64,000 bases of DNA from Macrostomum lignano (GCA_002269645.1 NIVC01002259.1:1-64000); one strand, 5' to 3'. Positions 1 to 10,638 are shown, counted from the stretch's first letter. The notes: generated from the sequence alone by a model not told the origin. Numbers and translations: made by a program.

Positions 1-2179
1 AGAAGGAATTGGCGCTGTGCTTTCGCAGGTGCAGAAAGATGGGAGTGAAGAAGGTAATAGCTTACGGAAGCAGGACGTTGTCGCGAGAAGAACGGAATTA
101 CTGCACGACACGAGTCGAGTTGCTGGCCGTGGTGTTTTTCGTACAGAAGTTTCGTTATTACCTGATGGCGAGAGTTTCTAGTGCGCACCGATCACAGCAG
201 CTTGAAGTGGCTGCATTCGCTGCGGGACGTAGAAGGACAACTGGCCAGATGGCTGGAACTCTTGGCTCCGTACAGGTATCGCATCGAACATCGTCCGGGA
301 GTGAAACATCAACACGCGGACGCTCTCTCCAGGAAGCCACGTCGGCGCCATAGGAAGCGAGAGTTGTCCTGGATGTGCACAAGAGCAGATCGGCGTGAAC
401 GCGTTGGGATTGCAGAAGTGGACCTCGGAGGAGATCAGAGAGAGCCAGAAGATGGACAGCGACATTCGTCAGGCGATGGAGCTGCTGGCTCACAGCGACG
501 GAGAGATAACCGAAGAGCATTTGCGGCGCATATCACCGACGGCAAGGAGGATTGTCGAAAGACGTCGTGACCTTGAGGTGTCGGACAGTGAGGTGTTGCT
601 GTGTCATACGGCCAGTAGACGTCAGCCGCAAGTGGTGTTGCCACGGAATATGCTGAGAGCGGTGCTGGAAGAAGCTCATGGTGACGGAGTGGAGGGCACG
701 TTGGGATTTTCAAGACCAAGGAGAAGGTGCGGCAATCGTTTTGGTGGCCGGGACTTGGCCGCGAGGTCGAGAGCACGTAAAAGCCTGTTTGGACTGCACC
801 AAGGCCAAAGCTGGCAAGAAACCAATTGCACCGATGGAGCCGATTCCGAGTTCAAGCCCATTCGATATCGTGATGACGGACGTCATCGGGCCGCTGCCAC
901 GGAGCAAGAAAGGAAACTTCTACATCCTCACGGTGCAAGATGCGTTCTCAAAGTGGCCTGACGCTTATGCCATCCGGAACCAGAAGTCGGCAACGATCGC
1001 AAGGGTGCTATTCGAACGCTGGATTGCCAATCACGGGTGCCCCGGGTACTTCACTCAGACCAAGGAAGGAACTTTGAGTCGGGGATCGTCAGGAAGCTGT
1101 GCGAGCTGTTGGGTGTGAAGAAGACCAGGACGAGCGCCTACCACCGAGTGGCAACGGACAGGTGGAACGATTTAACGGGTTCCTGAAGAACAGTTTTGCG
1201 CACGTATCTGGTACAGAAGGGTCAGAACGCCTGGGAGGAGTACCTGCCAAGTGCCTTGATGGCTTATCGATCGACGGTCCAGGCGTCCACCGGTTACACG
1301 CCCTACTACATGCTGCATGGTCAGGAGATGCCGCTGGGATTCGAACCAGAGGACCTTAGGCGAAGACGGACAGCTATCCCTTGTTTGTGCAAGAGATCCA
1401 GCAGAACCTGCTTCATGCCCATGAACGCATTCGAGAAGGACGCGAGACGGTTCAGCGACGGCAGAAAATGAATTACGATCGGAAAGTAAAGGGCAAAGCG
1501 ATTCAGAAGGGCGACTCTGTCTTGCTGTACTATCCGTGCTTGGAGATGGGAGAGAAAAGCAAGTTCCATATCAACTGGCGCGGCCCAGTGAAGGTCCTGG
1601 AGAAGCTGTCAGATGCGTTGTACCGAGTGCAGGATCCGACACAGCCGCAGAAGACCAAGGTGGTGCACTTCAACAATCTCCGGCCGGTTCAGGGCCAGAC
1701 GGAGGCGGCAGACGGTCAAGAGACTAGAGAGGAAATTGGGAGGGCCAGTTCGGGAAAAACCAGGCCGCGACGTGATAATTCCACTGCTGGACGAAGCCGA
1801 AGGCAGAGAGTGCAACGGGGCGAGACCAGAGGTGGACCGCAGCGCGAGGGCCGCAGGACCAGGAATCCGAGCAGGAAGATGAAGAGTTTGAAGATCTTCA
1901 GCTGCGGTTTCAAGATCAAGAGATCACGCTCCACCGGACACCCGAAATCTGGCCGAAGACTGTGAGCCCGGACCTGAGCGTCGAGAAGCAGACGATGACG
2001 AAGAAGAGCACGACGATGAGTCGCGGTACGACGAGGAGCAGGACGAAGAGGATGAGGCAGAGCCGAACGACGCCAACGTACCCGAGCAGGAAGTGAGGAC
2101 GGCACAGGAGGAAGCAGGGCGACCAAGACGTCTGCGGCGACCGCCAGATCGGTTTGGGGTCCCGGTGTACTACTACTGA
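1..2179 (+). pseudogene. pol: Gypsy pol C-terminal part (RNase H, integrase zinc finger, DDE core, GPY/F, acidic tail), broken by about 9 frame switches in this sequence
   Basis: Motifs read across frames: IAYGSRTLSREERNYCTTRVELLAVV, RTDHSSLKWL, ARWLELL, HADALSR (RNase H); EEAH..GHVG..FWWPGL..HVKACLDC (HHCC); TDVIGP, HSDQGRNFES, NGQVERFN (D,D,E); WRGP (GPY/F). It ends ...RRLRRPPDRFGVPVYYY* at TGA 2177-2179. Confidence 0.93.
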
Positions 2180-2278
2180 AGAAGGGTCCGGTGTACGGCG
2201 CTTGGATAGCCAAAGGGGAAGGGAGGTACATGTCGTGCGTGTCTCATTGCTCATCGGAGTTAGGCCGGACTGTTACAG

Positions 2279-3239
2279 ATGGCGGACCTCTACGAGTGTC
2301 TTGGAGTGCAGCTGTGGGCGTCTGCGGCACAGATTCGGAAAGCGTTCTACGGTCGAGCACGCGAACTGCACCCTGACAAGAGCGCAACAGAGGAGACGCG
2401 AAAGAGATTCCAGGAGTGCGAAGAGGCGTACCGAATACTGTCGTGTCCGTTCCTTAGAAAGCTGTACGATATCTTTGGAAATGCTGTTCGTGACCGGGAT
2501 GAGATGCTTCGGCTCGCAGAAGGGATGTTAGAGGATGAAGACATGCCCGACGATCTCGAGAGAAGAGATAGAAAGACTACAAGAGAGCGACCGATTAGCT
2601 GAGGAGGCGTACGAGAGAGAACAGGCGAGGAGGGATGAGGAGCACGTCAAGATGGAGGCAAGTGAGGAGGCCTCAGACGATGAGCAGGACGAAGAGATGA
2701 ACGAGGCGAGTGAGACACTGCCGGAGGAGTACGAGGTCGAGAAGGTCTTAGGAGTACGAGTCACGGAGCGAGGAGCGGAGTATCTGCTGCAGTGGGCCGG
2801 TGTAGAGGAGCTTGAGACGTCATGGGAAGCGGAGGAAGATTGTGCCGGATGTAGAAACCTGATTGAAGAATATCTGCAGAGAGCGTACCGGCTTCAGACA
2901 AGACCGTGCCGACCAGTGACCGTCGCGGAACTGGAGAACGTAGGACCCAGTCGGAAGAAACTGCACCAGGCAATGCGGAAGGGCGACCCGTGGGGCATCT
3001 TTGAGGTGCTGCTAGCCCTGAAGGGGAAGTGCGCCACTGCCTTGGTGGATTTCAAGGAATTCGGTCCGGAGTTGATGCTGCAAATCCTGGGCTACTTGGA
3101 GCGAGACGGTCGCAAGTATCCGGGCACGGAGTTCGTCGGTGGAGTCGCCAAGCGTGTCAGCTGTCTACATGTCGGTGATGGTGGTGTTCCCGCTGTTCGA
3201 CCTGCGACGCCAGGGTTTGGTCCTGGGTGCCCTCCGTAG
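2279..3239 (+). CDS. Retrotransposon accessory ORF (~320 aa when joined): DnaJ J-domain, acidic linker, HP1-type chromodomain, C-terminal domain. One frameshift near 2560-2563.
   Basis: ORF 2279-2602: DLYECLGV..A.AAQIRKAFYGRARELHPDK...RFQECEEAYRILS....RKLYD, with HPD at 2369-2377. ORF 2535-3239: EEYEVEKVLGVRVTERGAEYLLQWAGVEELETSWEAEEDCAGCRNLIEEYLQR (2724-2882). The frames join as LE(R)EEIERLQ if a GA dinucleotide is restored in GAGAGAAGAG or one base is removed. Confidence 0.85.
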
Positions 3240-3825
3240 GCTGTGGGATTCGTGCTCTGACTGAGGCTATGTCTTCCTAGGGACTTTGGGGCTAGGGACT
3301 TTGCAGTGCAGACCAGGGACAGCGGAGCGGAGGTGGACCGGCCTTAACGGGTGCTGACGGAGCGACGCGGCTGTGCAGCAACCGCAGGACTCGACGACCA
3401 GCGCAGAGCGACCAGAGCAACCGGCGACAGTAGCGACAGGGAGACGAGGCACCAGAGCGACGGCCGTACTCGGCGGGATGCAGGGAAGCAGTGCTAGTAT
3501 TACTTGTGAGGGTAAATGTTTGACGGTTTCATTTTTTTGTTTTTTGTGAACATTTAGCGTTTTTTTCGAACTTCAGCGTTTTTGTTAAAGTGAGTTTTTC
3601 CCAAAATTTGCGTATTGCTTCCCAATGATGCGTACTCACTATCCTATGTTTGAAGGTTTCTTCGTCATTTTTAAACGGTATAATCACTGCGGTTTTGTTT
3701 TTTGTTCGAACTAGTTGCCATGCGAGTCCAAAATATTTTTCAAATGCGGTTTGTTCCTCTGTTCAATTTTTTTGTTATAGTAGCATCATTTCAATATTCG
3801 ACTTTTCGAACTCGAACTTTTGTCT

Positions 3826-3837
3826 AGGGGACGGGAG
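3826..3837 (+). other. Polypurine tract (PPT) of the retrotransposon
   Basis: AGGGGACGGGAG lies directly before the TG that opens the LTR and follows a T-rich stretch. Confidence 0.85.
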
Positions 3838-4671
3838 TGTCATGAATGTGTTATTATGACTGTGTGTACTTTGCTACTTTGCTACGCCGGGCCAGTCGGC
3901 CGTCCTCTCCCCCCTCCTTAGATATTTTCTGACTCACCCACCTGCACTTCTGCGCGTGCGTACCCCTCCCCTCCCTGCCTAGACCTTTTCTGTTGAGTCA
4001 AACCCCCCCCATGCTCTGCGTGCGACCCCCCCCTGTGCGACCCCGCCCCATTATTTTGTTAGCTTTGCTGCCCCGCCCCTGTTTGTGATTGGCTGCCAGT
4101 CCCAGTCTGCCGTGCTGCGCCCCGGCGATTGGCTGGTACAGCTCATGCGTTGCCTTGGCTGATGTCTAAGCCCCCTTTTCTGCCTTTATCCCGCGCCCTC
4201 GACCCCCAGTTTGCTGCCTATTTATTCGGCCCCCCTTGAGACCCCATTCTCGTCGTCTTCGTGGCTCCTCGGCGATTGTGCCAGCGTTGGTTGCTGAATT
4301 GCTATTCCTCGCAGAATTGCTAGACAAATATATAAGTAAAGAATATCGAGATCACCACTGCTCTGACGGCGCTGTTTCTTGTACGACTGAAATCGCGGCT
4401 GGTAAGCCTTCCAATTTGTACGTCATTTGGGTCTGCATCTGTACTAGGCACCTTAGAGGGATTAAGTGCGTCGTACGCCGGTCCCACCCCAAGCAGCTCT
4501 GCGTCGTACGCGAGTCTGTAGGCTGTCGTGCGTCGTACGCTCGAGCAGCCTAGTCCCGACGGACACCGCGTCGTACGCGTGTCAGTGGAGGACCGCAGCC
4601 AGGGTCAGTACACGAACCCGGGTCTGGGAAAGGGGCACGAAAGGACCGAGCCCTTGAGCCCCATCATCACA
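3838..4671 (+). repeat. 3' LTR, 834 bp
   Basis: Starts TGTCATGA right after the PPT and ends TCATCACA (7/8 inverted match). Internal TATATAAG and AGTAAA at about 4329-4340. The 5' LTR is not in the window, so LTR identity and the TSD cannot be checked. Confidence 0.8.
4329..4340 (+). promoter_or_regulatory. LTR TATA-like box and overlapping variant polyadenylation signal (AGTAAA)
   Basis: TATATAAGTAAA in the middle of the LTR, where U3/R signals are expected. Confidence 0.55.
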
Positions 4672-4797
4672 GGAGTACCAGGGGTGACAGGGCTACCAGG
4701 GGTGACAGGAGTACCAGGGGTGACAGGAGTAACAGGGGTGACAGGAGTACCAGGGGTGACAGGAGTACCAGGGATGACAGGGCTACCAGAGGTGTCA
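4672..4797 (+). repeat. 18-bp minisatellite (GGAGTACCAGGGGTGACA), about 7 copies, abutting the LTR end
   Basis: Direct tandem periodicity. Confidence 0.9.
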
Positions 4798-5367
4798 ATG
4801 GCGTCGGGACTGTCGATCAAAAAAAGGAAGAAATCCCAATTAAACTCGATCTTTGAAAGCTGACTCCACTACTGTCTCAATTGTACTGTGCCGACTGGGC
4901 CATGGTAGCGAAAGGTGACGCCCTCTGGGCTCTATTGGTCGTGCAACTTCATGTTTACACTTAAAGACAATGCTAATATTCAAACGCGCCGCCTCTGCCG
5001 CCTCCGTCGCCGCCACCGAGTCGCCGCGAAGAAACAGGGAAAAAAGAAACTAAAAAAAAGAGACTTTGAGTGAAAACGATCTATACTGAACCAATTTGAC
5101 ACCTTCCAAGTCTTCAGTTGCGCAAAGGTTTTTGTCTTGTCGAAACGCACTCGTTAACACCTCACTGCTGACCAGTTCTGTGTGCAATGTGTATGCAAAT
5201 TGATCATTAGAAGTGGATTGAGTATCAGAAGTAGCGAGAGCATGCAAGGTGATGATTGCAAGCACGACATGTCGGAGCCATGATTTTTTATTGAAGCAGT
5301 CGCGAGCGCTATAGGAGAGGGGAAGAGTGGGGTGCCAGCAGAAGATGTCAGACAAGGTACCGTAAAG

Positions 5368-5847
5368 GAGGCACCAGCAAGGATGTCAGAGGGGGCACCA
5401 GCTAGCATGTCAGAGGAGACACCAGCAAGGATGTCAGAGGAGGCACCAGCAAGGATGTCAGAGGAGGCACCAGCTAGGATCTCAGAGGAGGCGCTAGCTA
5501 GGATGTCAGAGGAGGCGCTAGCTAGGATCTCAGAGGGAGCGCTAGCTAGAATGTCAGAGGGAGCGCTAGCTAGGATGTCAGAGGAGGCACCAGCTAGCAT
5601 GTCAGAGGGAGCGCTAGCTAGGATGTCAGAGGAGGCACCAGCTAGGATGTCAGAGGGAGCGCTAGCTAGGATGTCAGAGGAGGCACCAGCTAGCATGTCA
5701 GAGGGAGCGCTAGCTAGGATGTCAGAGGGAGCGCTAGCTAGGATGTCAGAGGGAGCGCTAGCTAGGATGTCAGAGGGAGCGCTAGCTAGCATGTCAGAGG
5801 AGGCGCTAGCTAGGATGTCAGAGGAGGCGCCAGCTAGCATGTCAGAG
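5368..5847 (+). repeat. 24-bp minisatellite (GCACCAGCTAGCATGTCAGAGGAG variants), about 20 copies
   Basis: Direct tandem periodicity; translates as 8-aa repeats. Confidence 0.95.
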
Positions 5848-6956
5848 AAATCTCCATTAGAGACGGCCACTGCGTCAAAGCATCGAGTCCGATTGCTAAC
5901 TGTTTTGCCTGCTATTTTCAAGCAGAAATTCAAAGCAACAACAGTCAAAAGAGAGGCAGCCGCCCCGCATCAATAAAACATTGATTAGCTTAGCTTAGCA
6001 TCTGAGAAGACTCAACAAACAGAATAATTCTTGTCCCTACTAGTTTTTGCGCGGCTCTTTTTTGAGGAGAAGCGGGCCGCGGAGACAGCGCGCAGCAGTT
6101 CCCGTCGGCGTCGCAGTGGGGGAAAGCGGGCGGGCGGTGGGAGCGGCTGCCACATGCGCCCCCCCCCGCTCCCCCAATGAGACTCGCCCCGCGCAGCAAT
6201 GCAGGCAGGCAAAGCAGGAAAAAAGTGAAGACTGAAGGAGAGATTTTGAAAGAAATTTTCCAGACTTCTCCGGAGAGAATTATTTCTTGAGCAGTTTTCT
6301 CTCTCCTAATATTAGTCATTTCCCGCCAATTCTCATTTTCGTGGCTTTCGCGATTGCTTAGAAGAGCTGCCTGCAGCACTCAGTCTTCCCTTCTCAAGCT
6401 GGGGAAAGAAATAAAAACTGTTGAGTTAATTTCTTTCAGCAACACACATCCCAGATCCCCACCTGCAATTTCCTGCGCCCCGTGGCAAAGTGGCAACAGA
6501 GTAATGCAGGCTGCTGCAGCGCTCTCTCAGCTCAGGCTATCAAAATTCTCGCAATCCCGAAAACCGGGAAAAGCAATGAAAAACACTAGCGGAGTGCAGC
6601 GATGGTGTTTGGGGAGATTTTTCCCCCAATTGGCAATTCTCCCAGGGCTCTCCTATAGCCCTGCCAGAGCACTCAGCTGTCGGGCAGCCGCAGTTCTGCC
6701 CACAGATCAAAGAGGAGTTAAAAAACCCGGCAGAATGCATCCAATTAACCTGCTCCCTCTTATACCACAAAATGCCCATTCCGCATATTTGACAAGCGGG
6801 GCAATGCAGTCTACACTGTTTGAGTCTAATTGCATGGAAAGACTGTGGAGGGTGCCAAAAACGAATGAAATATTTCCCAATTAAGCTGTGAAGCAGTTAT
6901 TTTGCAGAGGAGTAACTGCTAAATAACCTGCATAAACTCATCAAGGCTCAGCTTCT

Positions 6957-7621
6957 ACTAACAGATTCACAGGCTCTACCAACAGCTTCACAGGCTTTAC
7001 CAACAGATTTACAGGCTCTACCAACAGATTTACAGGCTCTACCAACAGATTTACAGGCTTTACCAACAGCTTCACAGGCTCTACCAACAGCTTCACAGGC
7101 TTTACCAACAGCTTCACAGGCTCTACCAACAGCTTCACAGGCTTTACCAACAGATTTACAGGCTTTACCAACAGCTTCACAGGCTTTACCAACAGATTTA
7201 CAGGCTCTACCAACAGATTTACAGGCTCTACCAACAGATTTACAGGCTTTACCAACAGCTTCACAGGCTCTACCAACAGCTTCACAGGCTCTACCAACAG
7301 CTTCACAGGCTTTACCAACAGATTTACAGGCTTTACCAACAGATTTACAGGCTTTACCAACAGGTTTACAGGCTCTACCAACAGCTTCACAGGCTTTACC
7401 AACAGATTTACAGGCTCTACCAACAGCTTCACAGGCTTTACCAACAGATTTACAGGCTCTACCAACAGATTTACAGGCTTTACCAACAGCTTCACAGGCT
7501 CTACCAACAGCTTCACAGGCTTTACCAACAGATTTACAGGCTTTACCAACAGATTCACAGGCTTTACCAACAGATTTACAGGCTTTACCAACAGCTTCAC
7601 AGGCTCTACCAACAGCTTCAC
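6957..7621 (+). repeat. 21-bp minisatellite (CAGGCTCTACCAACAGATTTA/GCTTCA), about 31 copies
   Basis: Direct tandem periodicity. Confidence 0.95.
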
Positions 7622-9809
7622 AACCTCCACCACAGAAGCTTAAACAAAAAGCCAAAAAGGCCTCAGAAGACAAAAAGCAAGCAGGTACCAGCAAGACAGA
7701 GTCAGTCAGTCCCGTATATATCAGGTAAACTAGCTTGCAGTGAAACAAAGCAAATTACTGTGCAATAGAGGGGGAGGGGAGGCATTGACTGGCAAACGCA
7801 TGATTGAACTTGAAACCGCGACAGACAAAAATTGCGTCACACACACAGCGCAACACAATTGGGCCCAATCTATTTGAAGTTTTCAACCCCCAAAGACCAG
7901 AATAAAGGTTGAATAGGAGCTGAAACTGCCCAGAGGGCGAATTGCTAAAAAGCTATAAGCCAGCAGATACAGTTGTATTGAAACACACAATCCAGTACAG
8001 TTGCCAGCCCAGCAAGTGTTCGCGCCGCTCTCTCATCTCTCGGGTGTCAGCCTGCGAACCTCTTAGAGCGTGCAAAACCTGCCACCCTCCCCTCAGGCAC
8101 AGGGGGATGCCCACCTGCACACACACACACACACACACCTGTAAGGCAGGCCATCAGGGCTCCATGGCTGCGGACTGACAGGACAGAGAAAAGCATAATT
8201 TTAGCTTTATGAGGCGCCGCCTGTCAAAAAGTCATTTATTATTTTTTTATTCTGAGCAGCCAGTTAGCCAGCAGGTGGAGAGTCTCTTAATTGGATAGAA
8301 ATATTGATAATTAATTAACCTCCCAAGTTGTCATTGCTTATTTTATAATTCACCATTATAAAGCATATCAGATCAGCAAACAATGGAGACAATTATATTT
8401 CTTATTTATTTAACCCGATCATTTTTGTTTTAATAGGCCACGCTAATTGTTGTTTTTTAAATATTATCTAAACATATCGGTAGGGTCGATTCATTCTAAA
8501 GTATTTTTGGGTAGAAAAAATCCAAAAAACCTGCAGTATAAAAAATCAATTTTCGATTTGATACAGACATTAAGAAAGCAAACTGAACTGTCAGTAATAT
8601 ACAATACTTATAATAATAAGTATTTAGCCAATAGGTAATAACACATATTTACATGACTATAGCACGGATTATACAGTAACAAATATAACATATCGCGCTA
8701 ACAGGTTTACCGTGTGTGTGCAAGTTTTGATTCGGGGGAAAAAGCAGACTGATTGCTAGGCTGGGCTGACACAGGCAATAAAGCAATAATAAGGTCGGCA
8801 AAACTGCGGCCCTCGGGTCCTTTGAAACATCACAAATAGCGATCCGGCCAGTTCAAGGCTTGTGTCTCTTCTCGGCTCTCTTCTCACCTTTTATCAACTA
8901 TCTATCCTTGCAGCTCCTCTCTCCTCTCATCTTCTCTTACCCTTTTCACCCCTCTCATCTCACTGCTTATCTATTCTCTAATCTGATCTCCCCTCTCTCA
9001 TCTCTGAACTCATCTATTCTCTAATCTCATCTCTCCCTGTCTCATCTCCCAACTTATATATTCTCTAATATCCACATTCCTCCTCTCTCACAGCTCATCT
9101 ATTCTCTAAGCTCTTCTCTCCTCTCTCATCCCACAGCTCATCTATTCTCTAATCTCATCTCTTCCTCTCTCATTTCCTCCTCTCATCTGACCAGCAGCCA
9201 TGCTCTAGATTGTTCATCCCGAGGTTACCAAAGCATGCCGACCCCAACTAGAATGCACAAAGATGCGAAAAAACTCGGAAGATCGGAAACTGTTGATTAT
9301 AACTATTATAGCCAGTGGTATCCGCTGACAAGATTTCATATAATCGCGGGAACAAACTGCATTTTGCACTACTTAAACTAAGAACAGCCCAAGTAGTATA
9401 ATAAGAAAATTAGCACAAGCATATTAGCAAAAGTTAAAATACGAGAACTAACTCGGCGGCTAGGCTAAAATAAACCAGCATGTAAAAATTGAAATCACAA
9501 TAAGCAGCAGGAAGGACCCTTAAAATTCTAATTTTTAGGCATTGTACAACATTTTGCCAGCTAGATTACAGAAAACTTGATTTTCATTTCTATGTATAAC
9601 AGAATTTACTGACAAAAATCGAAGCGGTCCAATCAATAAAATCCGACAGACTAATAAAGTGAATGAACTGCGATGCGGCTTATGAGAAGAATGAGCGGAT
9701 GAAAAGTACAAATGACTAAATCCTGGCATGCACTGCAGGATCATAGATTGTGTGAGGCCGGGTGCGTTTAGCTGGCATTGCGCGAACACAGGGTAGCTAT
9801 TGGCGAGGG

Positions 9810-9925
9810 ACAGACAGACAGACAGACAGAAAGACTTGAGACAGACAGACAGAGAGACAGACAGACAGACAAACAGACAGACACACACTAAGACACTAAG
9901 ACAGACAGACACTAAGACAGACAGG

Positions 9926-9963
<38 letters not shown>

Positions 9964-9998
9964 CACACTAAGACACTAAGTCAGACAGACAGACACTA

Positions 9999-10035
<37 letters not shown>

Positions 10036-10038
10036 CTA

Positions 10039-10075
<37 letters not shown>

Positions 10076-10110
10076 CACACTAAGACACTAAGACGGACAG
10101 ACAGACACTA

Positions 10111-10147
<37 letters not shown>

Positions 10148-10150
10148 CTA

Positions 10151-10187
<37 letters not shown>

Positions 10188-10229
10188 CACACTAAGACAC
10201 TAAGACAGACAGACACTAAGACAGACAGG

Positions 10230-10267
<38 letters not shown>

Positions 10268-10310
10268 CACACTAAGACACTAAGACGGACAGACAGACAG
10301 ACAGACACTA

Positions 10311-10347
<37 letters not shown>

Positions 10348-10389
10348 CACACTAAGACACTAAGACAGACAGACACTAAGACAGACAGG

Positions 10390-10427
<38 letters not shown>

Positions 10428-10470
10428 CACACTAAGACACTAAGACGGACAGACAGACAGACAGACACTA

Positions 10471-10507
<37 letters not shown>

Positions 10508-10549
10508 CACACTAAGACACTAAGACAGACAGACACTAAGACAGACAGG

Positions 10550-10587
<38 letters not shown>

Positions 10588-10638
10588 CACACTAAGACAC
10601 TAAGTCAGACAGACAGACAGACAGACAGACAGACACTA

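Larger units (their letters stand above)
1..4671 (+). mobile_element. Ty3/gypsy LTR retrotransposon, 3' portion (5' part lies outside the window)
   Basis: Domain order is RNase H, then integrase, then an extra ORF, PPT (3826-3837) and an LTR bounded by TGTCATGA...TCATCACA. The RT-RH-INT order is diagnostic of Ty3/gypsy. Confidence 0.95.

Noticed and set aside
3282-3303. Two GGGACTTT NF-kB-like half motifs in the retrotransposon 3' region
   Set aside because: Incomplete match to GGGRNNYYCC and too short to be significant.
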